Shown: positions 1-7,676 of the stretch, one piece after another
How positions within the stretch are numbered: the first letter of the stretch is position 1
Layout: each line of letters begins with the position of its first letter
Source: Hormoscilla sp.
GTDB taxonomy: Bacteria; Cyanobacteriota; Cyanobacteriia; Cyanobacteriales; Desertifilaceae
Assembly (NCBI GenBank): GCA_051439505.1
Contig: JBFRWI010000016.1
Coordinates: 1 to 11,214 of the forward strand
Length of the DNA: 11,214 nucleotides
Reading direction: 5' to 3'
Position numbers and translations under genes: made by a program
Notes under the pieces: generated by a model
Told to the model about the DNA's origin: nothing
What the model saw: only the letters and a program-made list of their open reading frames with translations
Databases searched by the model: none

Positions 1-44
1 GAACTCTAATTTCCTGACCCTATCAATCTCTAATACCTTTTACT

Positions 45-575
45 ATGCTGACTTTAACAGACATTAAAGATGAGCGGTTTAGGAAAAACTTTTTCCCCAT
101 TCCTGCCACCACTACCCTCAGCTTGGGAAAGAAAACTCCGGACTTTGAACTACCCGATATTACTAATTCCGGGAAGGTAAAATTATCAGATTACCGGGGT
201 AAACAGCCAGTTATTGTGGCTTTTACCCGCATCTTTACGGAAACGCAATATTGCCCCCTTTGCAAACCCCACATCAAAGCCCTGAATGAAAATTACGAAC
301 AGTTCACTTCACGGGGCGCAGAACTGTTGATGATTACCAGTACGGACACCGAACAAAGCAAAATTGTGGTGCAAGATTTGGGCTTAAAAATGCCATTAAT
401 TGCCGACCCTAGCTGCCGGACTTTTCGGGCTTATCAAGTAGGACAAGCATTAGGGGCACCCCTACCGGCCCAGTTCGTCCTCGACCAGCAGGGAATCTTG
501 CGTTACAAACACCTGTTCTCTTTTTTAGACTCTAATGCTGAGGTGGATACTTTGCTGGGAGCTTTAGATATATAG
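45..575 (+). CDS. AhpC/TSA-family redoxin (peroxiredoxin-like, thioredoxin fold)
   Basis: 176 aa. LGKKTPDFELPD...VKLSDYRGKQPVIVAF N-terminal signature, CPLC (CxxC), LLMITST, PLIADP, PAQFVLDQQGILRY. The TAG stop lies inside the adjacent repeat element. Confidence 0.85.
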   Translation: MLTLTDIKDERFRKNFFPIPATTTLSLGKKTPDFELPDITNSGKVKLSDYRGKQPVIVAFTRIFTETQYCPLCKPHIKALNENYEQFTSRGAELLMITSTDTEQSKIVVQDLGLKMPLIADPSCRTFRAYQVGQALGAPLPAQFVLDQQGILRYKHLFSFLDSNAEVDTLLGALDI

Positions 576-722
576 CAGTTCTCATCCTTTGTGTGATATG
601 CTGTTGGGGAGATTGCTTCGGGGGGGTTAACTCATAAAGCATAAGTTATCGCGTTTGTCCGCCCCCTCGCAATGACAAATAGGCGATTATGCTGTATCAC
701 ATAAATGCCGAGATTCGCTATA
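571..722. mobile_element. MITE-like element with TATAGC...GCTATA ends
   Basis: The left end tatagcagttctcatcctttgtgtgata matches the reverse complement of the right end (tatagcgaatctcggcatttatgtgata), giving an imperfect ~28-bp terminal inverted repeat with TA at both ends. Internal gagattgcttcg (609-620) ... cctcgcaatgac (665-676) palindromic motif. No coding capacity. Confidence 0.7.
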
Positions 723-1724
723 TTATAGGCGCACCCCAGACAAATGCTGGCGGGGATTGTAACTGCGACTGGCACGAATTTTTTCGTAATATTCCTTTTC
801 TGTCTTACTCAGGTCTTTGGGAATGGCGATCGCAATTTTCACCAGCTGGTCTCCTCGTCCGCCTTTAGGATTTGGCCAACCTTTGCCCCGCAGTCGCAGA
901 GATTGACCGTGACGGATACCTGGGGGGACATTCATACTGACGCTGCCATCAGGGGTGGGAACTTCCACAGATGCCCCGAGTACGGCTTCATCGGGTGTCA
1001 CGGATACTTCACAGACGAGATTATCGCCCTCGAATTGGAAGAAAGAATGAGGGGCAATTCCTACTTTTAAGTACAAATCTCCCCTTTGTCCATTGCGGGG
1101 GTTGATTTTACCTTTCCCTTTGACACGAATGCGGCTACCCGGTTTCGCCCCAGCGGGAATGCGCACGTCTATCACTTCCGAACCCAAACTCAGACGCTTC
1201 TGCACTCCCTTAAAGGCTTCCGATAGACTTAGAGTGAGATTTGCTTCTGCGTCTGCGCCCACCCCACCCCTGGGAGGACCGCCAAATCCGGCAAAATCTT
1301 CAAAGCCGCCAAATCCTGTTGGCCCACCACCATTGGTGCCATAGCTGTAGCTTTGTCTCCCGCCGCCGCCCATGCGACCTAATAATTCATTAATAAATTC
1401 ATCGAAACTGCCGTACTGACTGAAGTCAAAGCCGCCAAAATCCACATTACTTCTGGCACCACCACTACTAGGAGACCATCCGTTGCCAGCTTGCTTCCAA
1501 TATTGACCGAATTGATCGTATTTGCGACGTTTTTCCGTGTCTGATAACACTTCGTAGGCTTCGTTTACTTCCTTGAACCGGGCTTCCGCTTGCCGATCGT
1601 TTTTGTTCATATCGGGGTGATACTTCCTTGCCAGTTTCCGGAAACTCTTTTTGATCTCTTCAGCGCTAGCTTTTTTACTTACTCCCAGGATGGAGTAATA
1701 ATCTTTGAAGTCTGTTTTCGCCAT
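723..1724 (-). CDS. dnaJ: DnaJ-class molecular chaperone, type II/CbpA-like (J domain, G/F-rich linker, DnaJ_C, no zinc finger)
   Basis: [14 protein letters not shown] motif, [15 protein letters not shown]-rich region, C-terminal LRLRGKGWP...RGDQLV. No CxxCxGxG repeats. AGGAG RBS upstream. Confidence 0.92.
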   Translation of the reverse strand: MAKTDFKDYYSILGVSKKASAEEIKKSFRKLARKYHPDMNKNDRQAEARFKEVNEAYEVLSDTEKRRKYDQFGQYWKQAGNGWSPSSGGARSNVDFGGFDFSQYGSFDEFINELLGRMGGGGRQSYSYGTNGGGPTGFGGFEDFAGFGGPPRGGVGADAEANLTLSLSEAFKGVQKRLSLGSEVIDVRIPAGAKPGSRIRVKGKGKINPRNGQRGDLYLKVGIAPHSFFQFEGDNLVCEVSVTPDEAVLGASVEVPTPDGSVSMNVPPGIRHGQSLRLRGKGWPNPKGGRGDQLVKIAIAIPKDLSKTEKEYYEKIRASRSYNPRQHLSGVRL

Positions 1725-1730
1725 GCTTTT

Positions 1731-1735
1731 CTCCT
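1731..1735 (-). promoter_or_regulatory. Shine-Dalgarno site of dnaJ
   Basis: Minus strand reads AGGAG-aaaagc-ATG. Confidence 0.65.
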
Positions 1736-1847
1736 GTTGCCTAAAGATTCAACTTATCTTTTTCTATAAACTACTGTTACTATTGAGGCTATCAAATATC
1801 TCCAACTCCATGAGTTCGGTTTTTGCTCGCGGGCGATCGCAATTACC

Positions 1848-2348
1848 CTACAATCCATGCTGTTGTCCGTAGTAGATCAGGAAATCCATCCCTTCATTTA
1901 CTGCCGGTGGAGCGCCTAATAATTGCCGGTCCATGCGGAAGATGGCTGCTTCCGGTACTTGGCGCTGGCGGTTGCGGTTGCGTTCCAGGCATTCTTGTAA
2001 TGGAGTACGCAACCAGATGCCCGTGATCTGGGTAAAGCCAGTTTCCCGGGCCAGGGCGATCGCCCGGCGTCGCTGGCGTCGCTGAGTATTAGTAGCATCA
2101 TAGATTACTGTGTGCCCTCGTTCCCGTGGGGACGCCCGGGAACGCAGTGCCACGGCAGTCTGAAATTGCCGCTGCACCTGACCCCATACCCGCAGCCATT
2201 CTCCTTGAATAGCTTCATCCCCAAATAGTTGCGCGCGGATAGCGTCAGTGGAAACCAACTGATAGCTGGGCCATTCTGCTATCAGCTGGCGTGCCAGAGT
2301 GGATTTTCCGCTACCAGGAAGCCCGATCAGCAGAATTAGTCTGGTCAT
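1848..2348 (-). CDS. Predicted P-loop kinase (AAA_33 / polynucleotide-kinase-like)
   Basis: LILLIGLPGSGKST Walker A at the N-terminus, VSTDAIR, IYDATN, CLERNRNRQRQVP lid motif. Starts 32 bp downstream of glgC, so probably co-transcribed. Confidence 0.85.
   Translation of the reverse strand: MTRLILLIGLPGSGKSTLARQLIAEWPSYQLVSTDAIRAQLFGDEAIQGEWLRVWGQVQRQFQTAVALRSRASPRERGHTVIYDATNTQRRQRRRAIALARETGFTQITGIWLRTPLQECLERNRNRQRQVPEAAIFRMDRQLLGAPPAVNEGMDFLIYYGQQHGL
2117..2145. repeat. Palindromic REP-like element inside the kinase CDS
   Basis: cgttcccg (2119-2126) and cgggaacg (2137-2144) form a perfect 8-bp stem around a 10-nt loop. Resembles the CTCGTTCCC...GGGAACGC repeat of cyanobacteria (from recall). 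Confidence 0.55.
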
Positions 2349-2380
2349 TGGTCATTGTCGGGACAATGGGGGAAATGGAA

Positions 2381-3670
2381 CTAAATGATCTTGCCGTCGG
2401 GAATTACGGCATTTTTCAAGACCACGACTATACCATTTTTGATGTATATTCCCTCTTCTTGGCGATCGGCTTCATCTACCCAGTCTTTGTTGATAATTTG
2501 GACGTTTTTACCAATGCGGGCGTTTTTGTCAATGATGGCCCGGCGAATTGTGCTGTTTTCACCGATCCCCACGGGAATCCGCTCTTGTGTTATTTCCGAA
2601 TGACTTTCCACAGAGGGATCGTAGTAATCAGCACCCATCAGCAGGGAATCTTCGATCAGGCAGTTGGCTTCTACTCGCGATCGCACTCCCAAAACTGAAT
2701 GTTGGACGCGGCATTTTTTCAATATACAGCCTTCGGCAATAATCGATTCGCTCACCTGACAGTCTAAAAGCTTAGAGGGAGGCAAGAAACGCGATCGACT
2801 ATAAATGGGGGCGTTTTCGTCGTAGAAGCTGAAGGGCGGCTCTGGTTGCTGGGTGAGAGCCAAGTTAGCCTCATAGAAGGCCCGAATGGTTCCAATGTCT
2901 TCCCAGTAATCTTTGAACAGGTGAACTTGGATGTTGTGATCTTTTGCCGCTCCGGGGATAATCTCTTTGCCAAAGTCAGTATGTTCGGGATTTTGCTGCA
3001 ATAGGTCGAGCATCGCCTTTTTACTGAAGACATATATTCCCATTGAGGCGATGTAGGGTCGTTTCTGTGCCTCATCTGGCGTCAGTCCCAGGGTAGTGGT
3101 ATCCACGGCCATCTGCTTGAGGGCATCCCCTTTGGGTTTTTCGCTGAAGTCAATCACCCGCCCTTTATCGTTAATTTTCATCAAGCCAAAGTCCGAGGCC
3201 CGTTTTTCATCGATGGGTAAGACCGAGAGGGTGATATCGGCACCGGTGTCCCGGTGGCGTTGGACAAAATCCCGATAGTCCATCCGGTAGAGGTGGTCCC
3301 CTGATAATATGATATATTCGTCAATGTCCCAGTCCTGAAATAGCCAGAGATATTGCCGCACGGCGTCGGCGGTGCCTTGAAACCAACTGGGGTTTTCTTT
3401 GGTCTGCTGTGCTGCTAGCACCTCGACAAATCCTTCGGTCAAGCCAGAGAAGTTGTAGGTACGGGTGATATGACGATTCAGGGACGCTGAGTTAAATTGC
3501 GTCAGGACGTAAATCTTGTAGATCTCTGAGTTGACGCAGTTGCTGATGGGGATGTCAATCAGGCGATATTTGCCTGCTAGGGGAACTGCTGGCTTGGCCC
3601 GCAGCTTGGTCAGGGGGTAAAGCCGGGTGCCTGCGCCCCCTCCGAGAATGATCCCTAATACTCTTTTCAC
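2381..3670 (-). CDS. glgC: Glucose-1-phosphate adenylyltransferase (ADP-glucose pyrophosphorylase)
   Basis: 429 aa with GTG start and GAGG RBS at 3678-3681. Motifs [54 protein letters not shown] and [13 protein letters not shown] beta-helix. Confidence 0.98.
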   Translation of the reverse strand: MKRVLGIILGGGAGTRLYPLTKLRAKPAVPLAGKYRLIDIPISNCVNSEIYKIYVLTQFNSASLNRHITRTYNFSGLTEGFVEVLAAQQTKENPSWFQGTADAVRQYLWLFQDWDIDEYIILSGDHLYRMDYRDFVQRHRDTGADITLSVLPIDEKRASDFGLMKINDKGRVIDFSEKPKGDALKQMAVDTTTLGLTPDEAQKRPYIASMGIYVFSKKAMLDLLQQNPEHTDFGKEIIPGAAKDHNIQVHLFKDYWEDIGTIRAFYEANLALTQQPEPPFSFYDENAPIYSRSRFLPPSKLLDCQVSESIIAEGCILKKCRVQHSVLGVRSRVEANCLIEDSLLMGADYYDPSVESHSEITQERIPVGIGENSTIRRAIIDKNARIGKNVQIINKDWVDEADRQEEGIYIKNGIVVVLKNAVIPDGKII

Positions 3671-3780
3671 AGAAAAACCTCAACTGCTCGTAAACTCTCA
3701 CTTCCAGTGTCCAACTGTCCGGCGCAGTTGGCAAGGGGGATCGGCAGAAAAGTTTGGTTAAGGGCAGGTTATGGCCTCGC

Positions 3781-3843
3781 GGTCAGGGGTCAGCGGTCAG
3801 TGGTCAATTTTCAAATTGCAATTTTCAATTTGCAATTTGCACT
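3781..3843. repeat. Short tandemly repeated heptamer (STRR-type) tract
   Basis: Nine in-phase heptamers: ggtcagg ggtcagc ggtcagt ggtcaat tttcaaa ttgcaat tttcaat ttgcaat ttgcact. Confidence 0.8.
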
Positions 3844-3845
3844 TG

Positions 3846-3987
3846 CTATCCCTTCTTTCCTTGCACCAGGGCCCGACCGTGGTTGATCGTAAACAGGATC
3901 GATCCTACCACTGCTGCCACTTTCAGTGCCGTTGGCATTAGGTCTCGATCTAATAGTGCCGCAGCAAATTTTCGCTCGTGGTTTCAT
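3846..3987 (-). pseudogene. nrtS: Frameshifted, 3'-truncated NrtS-family nitrate/nitrite transporter
   Basis: Manual translation gives MKPRA(K), then after a +1 shift in the AAAA run at 3969-3972, FAAALLDRDLMPTALKVAAVVGSILFTINHGRALVQGKKG*. PTALKVAxVVGSILFTINHG is the NrtS signature as I recall it. The C-terminal half (W..LLTY.VPY.V..HG) is absent. Confidence 0.8.
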
Positions 3988-4106
3988 CTTTATGTTAAGG
4001 GAGCGTGGTACGATTATTTTAGGCGATCGGGCTCTGGGTTCTGTGTCATCGATGGCCCTTTGATGATATCATATCCTCGGGCTCGACGTAATTAACGATA
4101 TACCGT

Positions 4107-4113
4107 AGGAGGT
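4107..4113 (+). promoter_or_regulatory. Strong Shine-Dalgarno site
   Basis: AGGAGGT-aaac-ATG immediately before 4118. Confidence 0.75.
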
Positions 4114-4117
4114 AAAC

Positions 4118-4402
4118 ATGGCTGAACTCAAGATCCTCTGCAAGCATCCAGATTCATTAAAGATATTTTTCAAAGATATGCTGGCCAAAGAATTGCAATT
4201 GCTTGCTCGTAGTATCCAGCGATCGGAGTCAAGACTGGGGGAATTCGAGGATAAATATCAATTATCGACGGATGAGTTTCTGCGTCGCTATGAAAATGAT
4301 GAATTTTCCGAGACGTTAGAACTGGATGAGTGGATTGGAGAATCAATGATGCTGAAGAGGTTACGAAAAAAAATCGATCTTTATGGAGGTTTTAAATTTT
4401 AA
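4118..4402 (+). CDS. Small acidic helical protein, probable type II antitoxin (TumA-like family usually found beside DUF6516/TumE)
   Basis: 94 aa with a strong RBS. The motif RLxEFExKYQLSTDEFLRRYExxE......DEWIGE resembles, from recall, proteins encoded next to DUF6516 toxins. The CDS is well supported; the function is inferred. Confidence 0.6.
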   Translation: MAELKILCKHPDSLKIFFKDMLAKELQLLARSIQRSESRLGEFEDKYQLSTDEFLRRYENDEFSETLELDEWIGESMMLKRLRKKIDLYGGFKF

Positions 4403-4498
4403 GTTTGTTAGCATTGGAAATGGAAAATAGGCTAAAGTAATAATAGAGAATGGCAGGGCGATCGCGCAGTATATCCATAGGCTCATAGCGGATTAGAT

Positions 4499-4624
4499 AT
4501 GGCAAAAGATAGATTTCATAATTATGTGAAAGTAGCACTGGAAAAGGATGGTTGGACCATCCCTATTGTTTTTGCTTTTCTTCCCCCCTATATGCGCAAG
4601 TACAGTGATTTTGCTGTCGGCTAA
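4499..4624 (+). pseudogene. xisH: Truncated XisH-family fragment (homology over the first 21 codons only, 4499-4561)
   Basis: MAKDRFHNYVKVALEKDGWTI matches the XisH N-terminus (AKDxFHxxVKxALxKDGWTI). It then runs into unrelated PIVFAFLPPY... and stops at codon 42. No xisI follows. Confidence 0.8.
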
Positions 4625-4635
4625 TAAGCAGTTTG

Positions 4636-7395
4636 CTATTGGCAATTAGCCCTGTTTAAAGTTTGCTGGTGAGGCAGTTCGGCTACCAATTCTATGGTAC
4701 CGTCGGGATGCCGGATCCAACCGGTAGCTTCGACCAGAGGATGTCCAGTTGTCCGGATGATTTCTTCTGGGGAATGCTGTCTCTGGGAAGTTGGTGGTAC
4801 ATCTGTATAATCTTCCCGATCGCGCCAGAGGGTACTGCCGCGAATAGTATCTGTCGGGTTCTCTGCCAACCCGCCGCGCCCAGTTACTACCAAGGTGTTT
4901 TCCCCTGCCGCGCAACTGGTGATAATTTGTTGAGATGGGTCTTGCACTTCGCTCTTTAACTCTACTATGGCAGAAGAGGTGTCAACCTCGGGATTGCTGA
5001 TGAATATGTTACCGGAAAGTCCTAACTCGGAACTGGCAGTAATCTCACTATCTGTTGATGAAAATAGTCCCTGAGTCTGGATGGAAATATTCCCTCCATT
5101 CCCCTGTTCGGCATTGGCGCTGATGCGACTGTTCGATCGCAGAACTAGGGTAGCAGCATCAATTGTCAGGTTGCCACCATCTCCCAGACCTCCCGTGGCA
5201 GATACTGCGATCGCACTGTCAGAACCTAACTGCAAGGAATCTTCCACGTTCAGAAAAACATCGCCCCCTTGCCCTGTGGCTGTTGTCGCACCAATACTAC
5301 CGCCGCGCAATAGCCTGATTTTGTTGGCATTGATGAATAAGTTGCCGGCATCCCCCGTGCCGTCGTGTTCCACCGTGACTATCCCTCCATCGGTGATGAG
5401 GAGGCGACTGGTATTAATTGTCAACTTTCCCGTATCCCCCGTCGTCACCGGAGGCAGCATGAAGGTCTCTCGTATCGCTTCTCCAAGCTGAAAAGCGCTA
5501 GCAGATATTTCTGAAGGTTCGCCTGTCGGACCTTCAATACCACTGACCGCGATTTCCCGGGCATTAATTGTCACCTCACCGGCATTTCCCGAACTGCTAG
5601 TAGTGGAGTTTACTTGTGCTCCATCAACAACGAGCAAGCGCGGGGTATTAATGATTAAGTTGCCCGCATTTCCCTCGGTGACGGTAAAGGTACTGATAAA
5701 ACTAGAGCCAAACACTGTAGGTTCAAAACCCCTCACTTCAATAGACTCCGATGCATTAATTGTGCTATTTCCTCCATTACCTGTTGCCAGTCTCAGTTCG
5801 GAAAATTGGGCATTAACAGAGATGTTAGAATTTGAAGAAACAACTCCTCCATCCAGAACCCGTAAACTGCGGGTATTAACGATCGCATCTCCAGCATCTC
5901 CGGCTCCCCGAGTGCTGCTGTACAATCCACTGGTACTCATACTTAATGGATTTGGACCAGATATTTCCACTAAATCACCCACATTAACTATAAGATTTCC
6001 TGCATTTCCCGTAGCCTCCGTGATATCATCATCAGAATTTCTGATAATTCCCGGAAAAGAAACGGTTGTTTGTATGCGGCTTCCCCTTTCTAGTCGCAAT
6101 TGTTCGGTGGTAATATTTATGCTACCACCATCTGCGGCACTGAAAGTTGATGCCATAATTCCGTCCCCAGAGTCTGGAAATGCGGGATTGACTCCTGTGG
6201 CGAGAATTGACTCTGTCGCTTCTATGTTGATGTCTCCTCCTTTACCCGTACCTCGGACGATCGATTGAATACCTCCTCCATCTCTGAGTATTAATTCTCC
6301 TGTGGAAATCGTAATTTCTCCACTGGCACCCGCCCCCCGACTTTCCGTCCCGATGCGACTGATCTGACGGGGGTTGTCTCTATTCACCCCGATCGCTACA
6401 ATAGCTTCCCTCGCTTTTACTGTCACATTGCCGCCATTTCCCCCAGCATTCTCCTCTACGAAGGTTTCGATCCTTCCTCCTTGAACCAGGGTGAGTTGGG
6501 AAGCAGAGATATCTACATCTCCTCCGGGAAATTTACCTCGGACCTCTGTGGCAATTTGAGAGTTATTTTCAAGTAATATATTCTCCCCTACTACTTGAAT
6601 TCCACTATCTGGATTTTCATGGCTTGTGGGTGCGAATAATTGGGCTTCAGATATATTGATATTGCCAAATTCGCTATTGGGGGAGTAGTCCAAACGCCAA
6701 CCACTGGGGAGCGATCGCAGACTAACTTCTCCTTGTCTGACACTCCCTAATTCTATGCGTCCGTCCGGTGCCCCGATCGCCCCACCTTTTCCGATCACAT
6801 CCCCTCCCACTAGAGATAGGGTTTGTCCCGGACGAACTGACAACCCCCTAGGGCGATCGGATCCTTCTACGCGAAGGGAACCCGATCGCGGTCCGTATTG
6901 CAATCCCAGAGGAACGTTAATTGTCAGGAGTGGCGGTGCATTGGGTTCGGTAGCACTGTAGAAGTTACCATCTGCAAACAATAGACTCTCGGCGGTCGTA
7001 CCCAAAAAGGAGCCACCGATATCGAGGCGGGCATTTGGTCCGAACATAATACCACTCGGGTTAATCATAAATAGATTTGCCGTGCCATTACCACGAATCA
7101 ATCCATCTATATTGGATATTTTGCCTCCCGTCACCCTGGTGATAATATTTTCTATTGCGGGGGCGTTGTTAAATAACGCTCCCCCGTTCGTGGGCACGGA
7201 AAATTCCTGAAAGCTGTGAAATAGGTTTGCCCCTGCTGTTGTCCCTCCATCAATGGTAAAATTATTGCCACTGGGGGTGACCACAGTATTATTGGGTAAG
7301 GTGGAGTCGGGAACGATCTGTCCTTGACTGGCAGTTGCTAACAGCAGTAACATTGTACTGCTCAATCCCAGTATTGTCAAATTGCTGCTTTTCAT
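4636..7395 (-). CDS. Filamentous haemagglutinin N-terminal (TPS) domain exoprotein, TpsA-like beta-helix
   Basis: 919 aa. Signal peptide ending ASQG/QIVPD, NLFHSFQEFSV, NIITRVTGG, NLFMINPSGIMFGPNARLDIGGSF, repeated GxGGxIxI beta-helix units, and cyanobacterial C-terminus C...TGRGGL...LVEATGW...GTIELVA. Confidence 0.92.
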   Translation of the reverse strand: MKSSNLTILGLSSTMLLLLATASQGQIVPDSTLPNNTVVTPSGNNFTIDGGTTAGANLFHSFQEFSVPTNGGALFNNAPAIENIITRVTGGKISNIDGLIRGNGTANLFMINPSGIMFGPNARLDIGGSFLGTTAESLLFADGNFYSATEPNAPPLLTINVPLGLQYGPRSGSLRVEGSDRPRGLSVRPGQTLSLVGGDVIGKGGAIGAPDGRIELGSVRQGEVSLRSLPSGWRLDYSPNSEFGNINISEAQLFAPTSHENPDSGIQVVGENILLENNSQIATEVRGKFPGGDVDISASQLTLVQGGRIETFVEENAGGNGGNVTVKAREAIVAIGVNRDNPRQISRIGTESRGAGASGEITISTGELILRDGGGIQSIVRGTGKGGDINIEATESILATGVNPAFPDSGDGIMASTFSAADGGSINITTEQLRLERGSRIQTTVSFPGIIRNSDDDITEATGNAGNLIVNVGDLVEISGPNPLSMSTSGLYSSTRGAGDAGDAIVNTRSLRVLDGGVVSSNSNISVNAQFSELRLATGNGGNSTINASESIEVRGFEPTVFGSSFISTFTVTEGNAGNLIINTPRLLVVDGAQVNSTTSSSGNAGEVTINAREIAVSGIEGPTGEPSEISASAFQLGEAIRETFMLPPVTTGDTGKLTINTSRLLITDGGIVTVEHDGTGDAGNLFINANKIRLLRGGSIGATTATGQGGDVFLNVEDSLQLGSDSAIAVSATGGLGDGGNLTIDAATLVLRSNSRISANAEQGNGGNISIQTQGLFSSTDSEITASSELGLSGNIFISNPEVDTSSAIVELKSEVQDPSQQIITSCAAGENTLVVTGRGGLAENPTDTIRGSTLWRDREDYTDVPPTSQRQHSPEEIIRTTGHPLVEATGWIRHPDGTIELVAELPHQQTLNRANCQ

Positions 7396-7585
7396 TTTTC
7401 CCTTTTTAAATGATTTGATTAGCCGTCAAGCACCGGTTTCCTCTCTTCCTATTATAGGCTTTTAAATTCACAAATAGGTAAAATTCTAGTTAAGTTATAT
7501 CTCGACATCTTTAATCTTATATTAACCTATATATCAGATCGGATGCAGAGGAAAAATAAACAACAGTTATCCCAGCGATCGCCTC

Positions 7586-7636
7586 AAGTCCGCGCAGGCG
7601 GGCTTCGTTCCTGTAGCCTCACCCTTGAGGGTGAGG
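7586..7636. repeat. Twin-hairpin REP-like element in the divergent promoter region
   Basis: aagtccgc-gcag-gcgggctt (7586-7605), a GTAG tetranucleotide, then cctcaccc-ttga-gggtgagg (7617-7636). A HIP1 site lies just upstream at 7575-7582. Confidence 0.65.
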
Positions 7637-7648
7637 GTCATTGCCCTA

Positions 7649-7657
7649 TGCTAAGAT
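7649..7657 (+). promoter_or_regulatory. Candidate extended -10 promoter for the GH13 gene
   Basis: TG-c-TAAGAT, 19 nt upstream of the first ATG. Motif match only. Confidence 0.35.
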
Positions 7658-7676
7658 TTAAGATATTATAGATGTA

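Noticed and set aside
1725..1847. CIRCE heat-shock operator upstream of dnaJ
   Set aside because: There is no TTAGCACTC-N9-GAGTGCTAA match, only a short aactc-cat-gagtt palindrome.
3754..4095. 113-aa ORF on the + strand
   Set aside because: TTG start, spans the STRR tract and is antisense to the nrtS remnant, which explains the open frame better.
4499..4635. fdxN-type excision element
   Set aside because: Only a 21-codon xisH fragment is present, with no xisI, no recombinase and no interrupted target gene.
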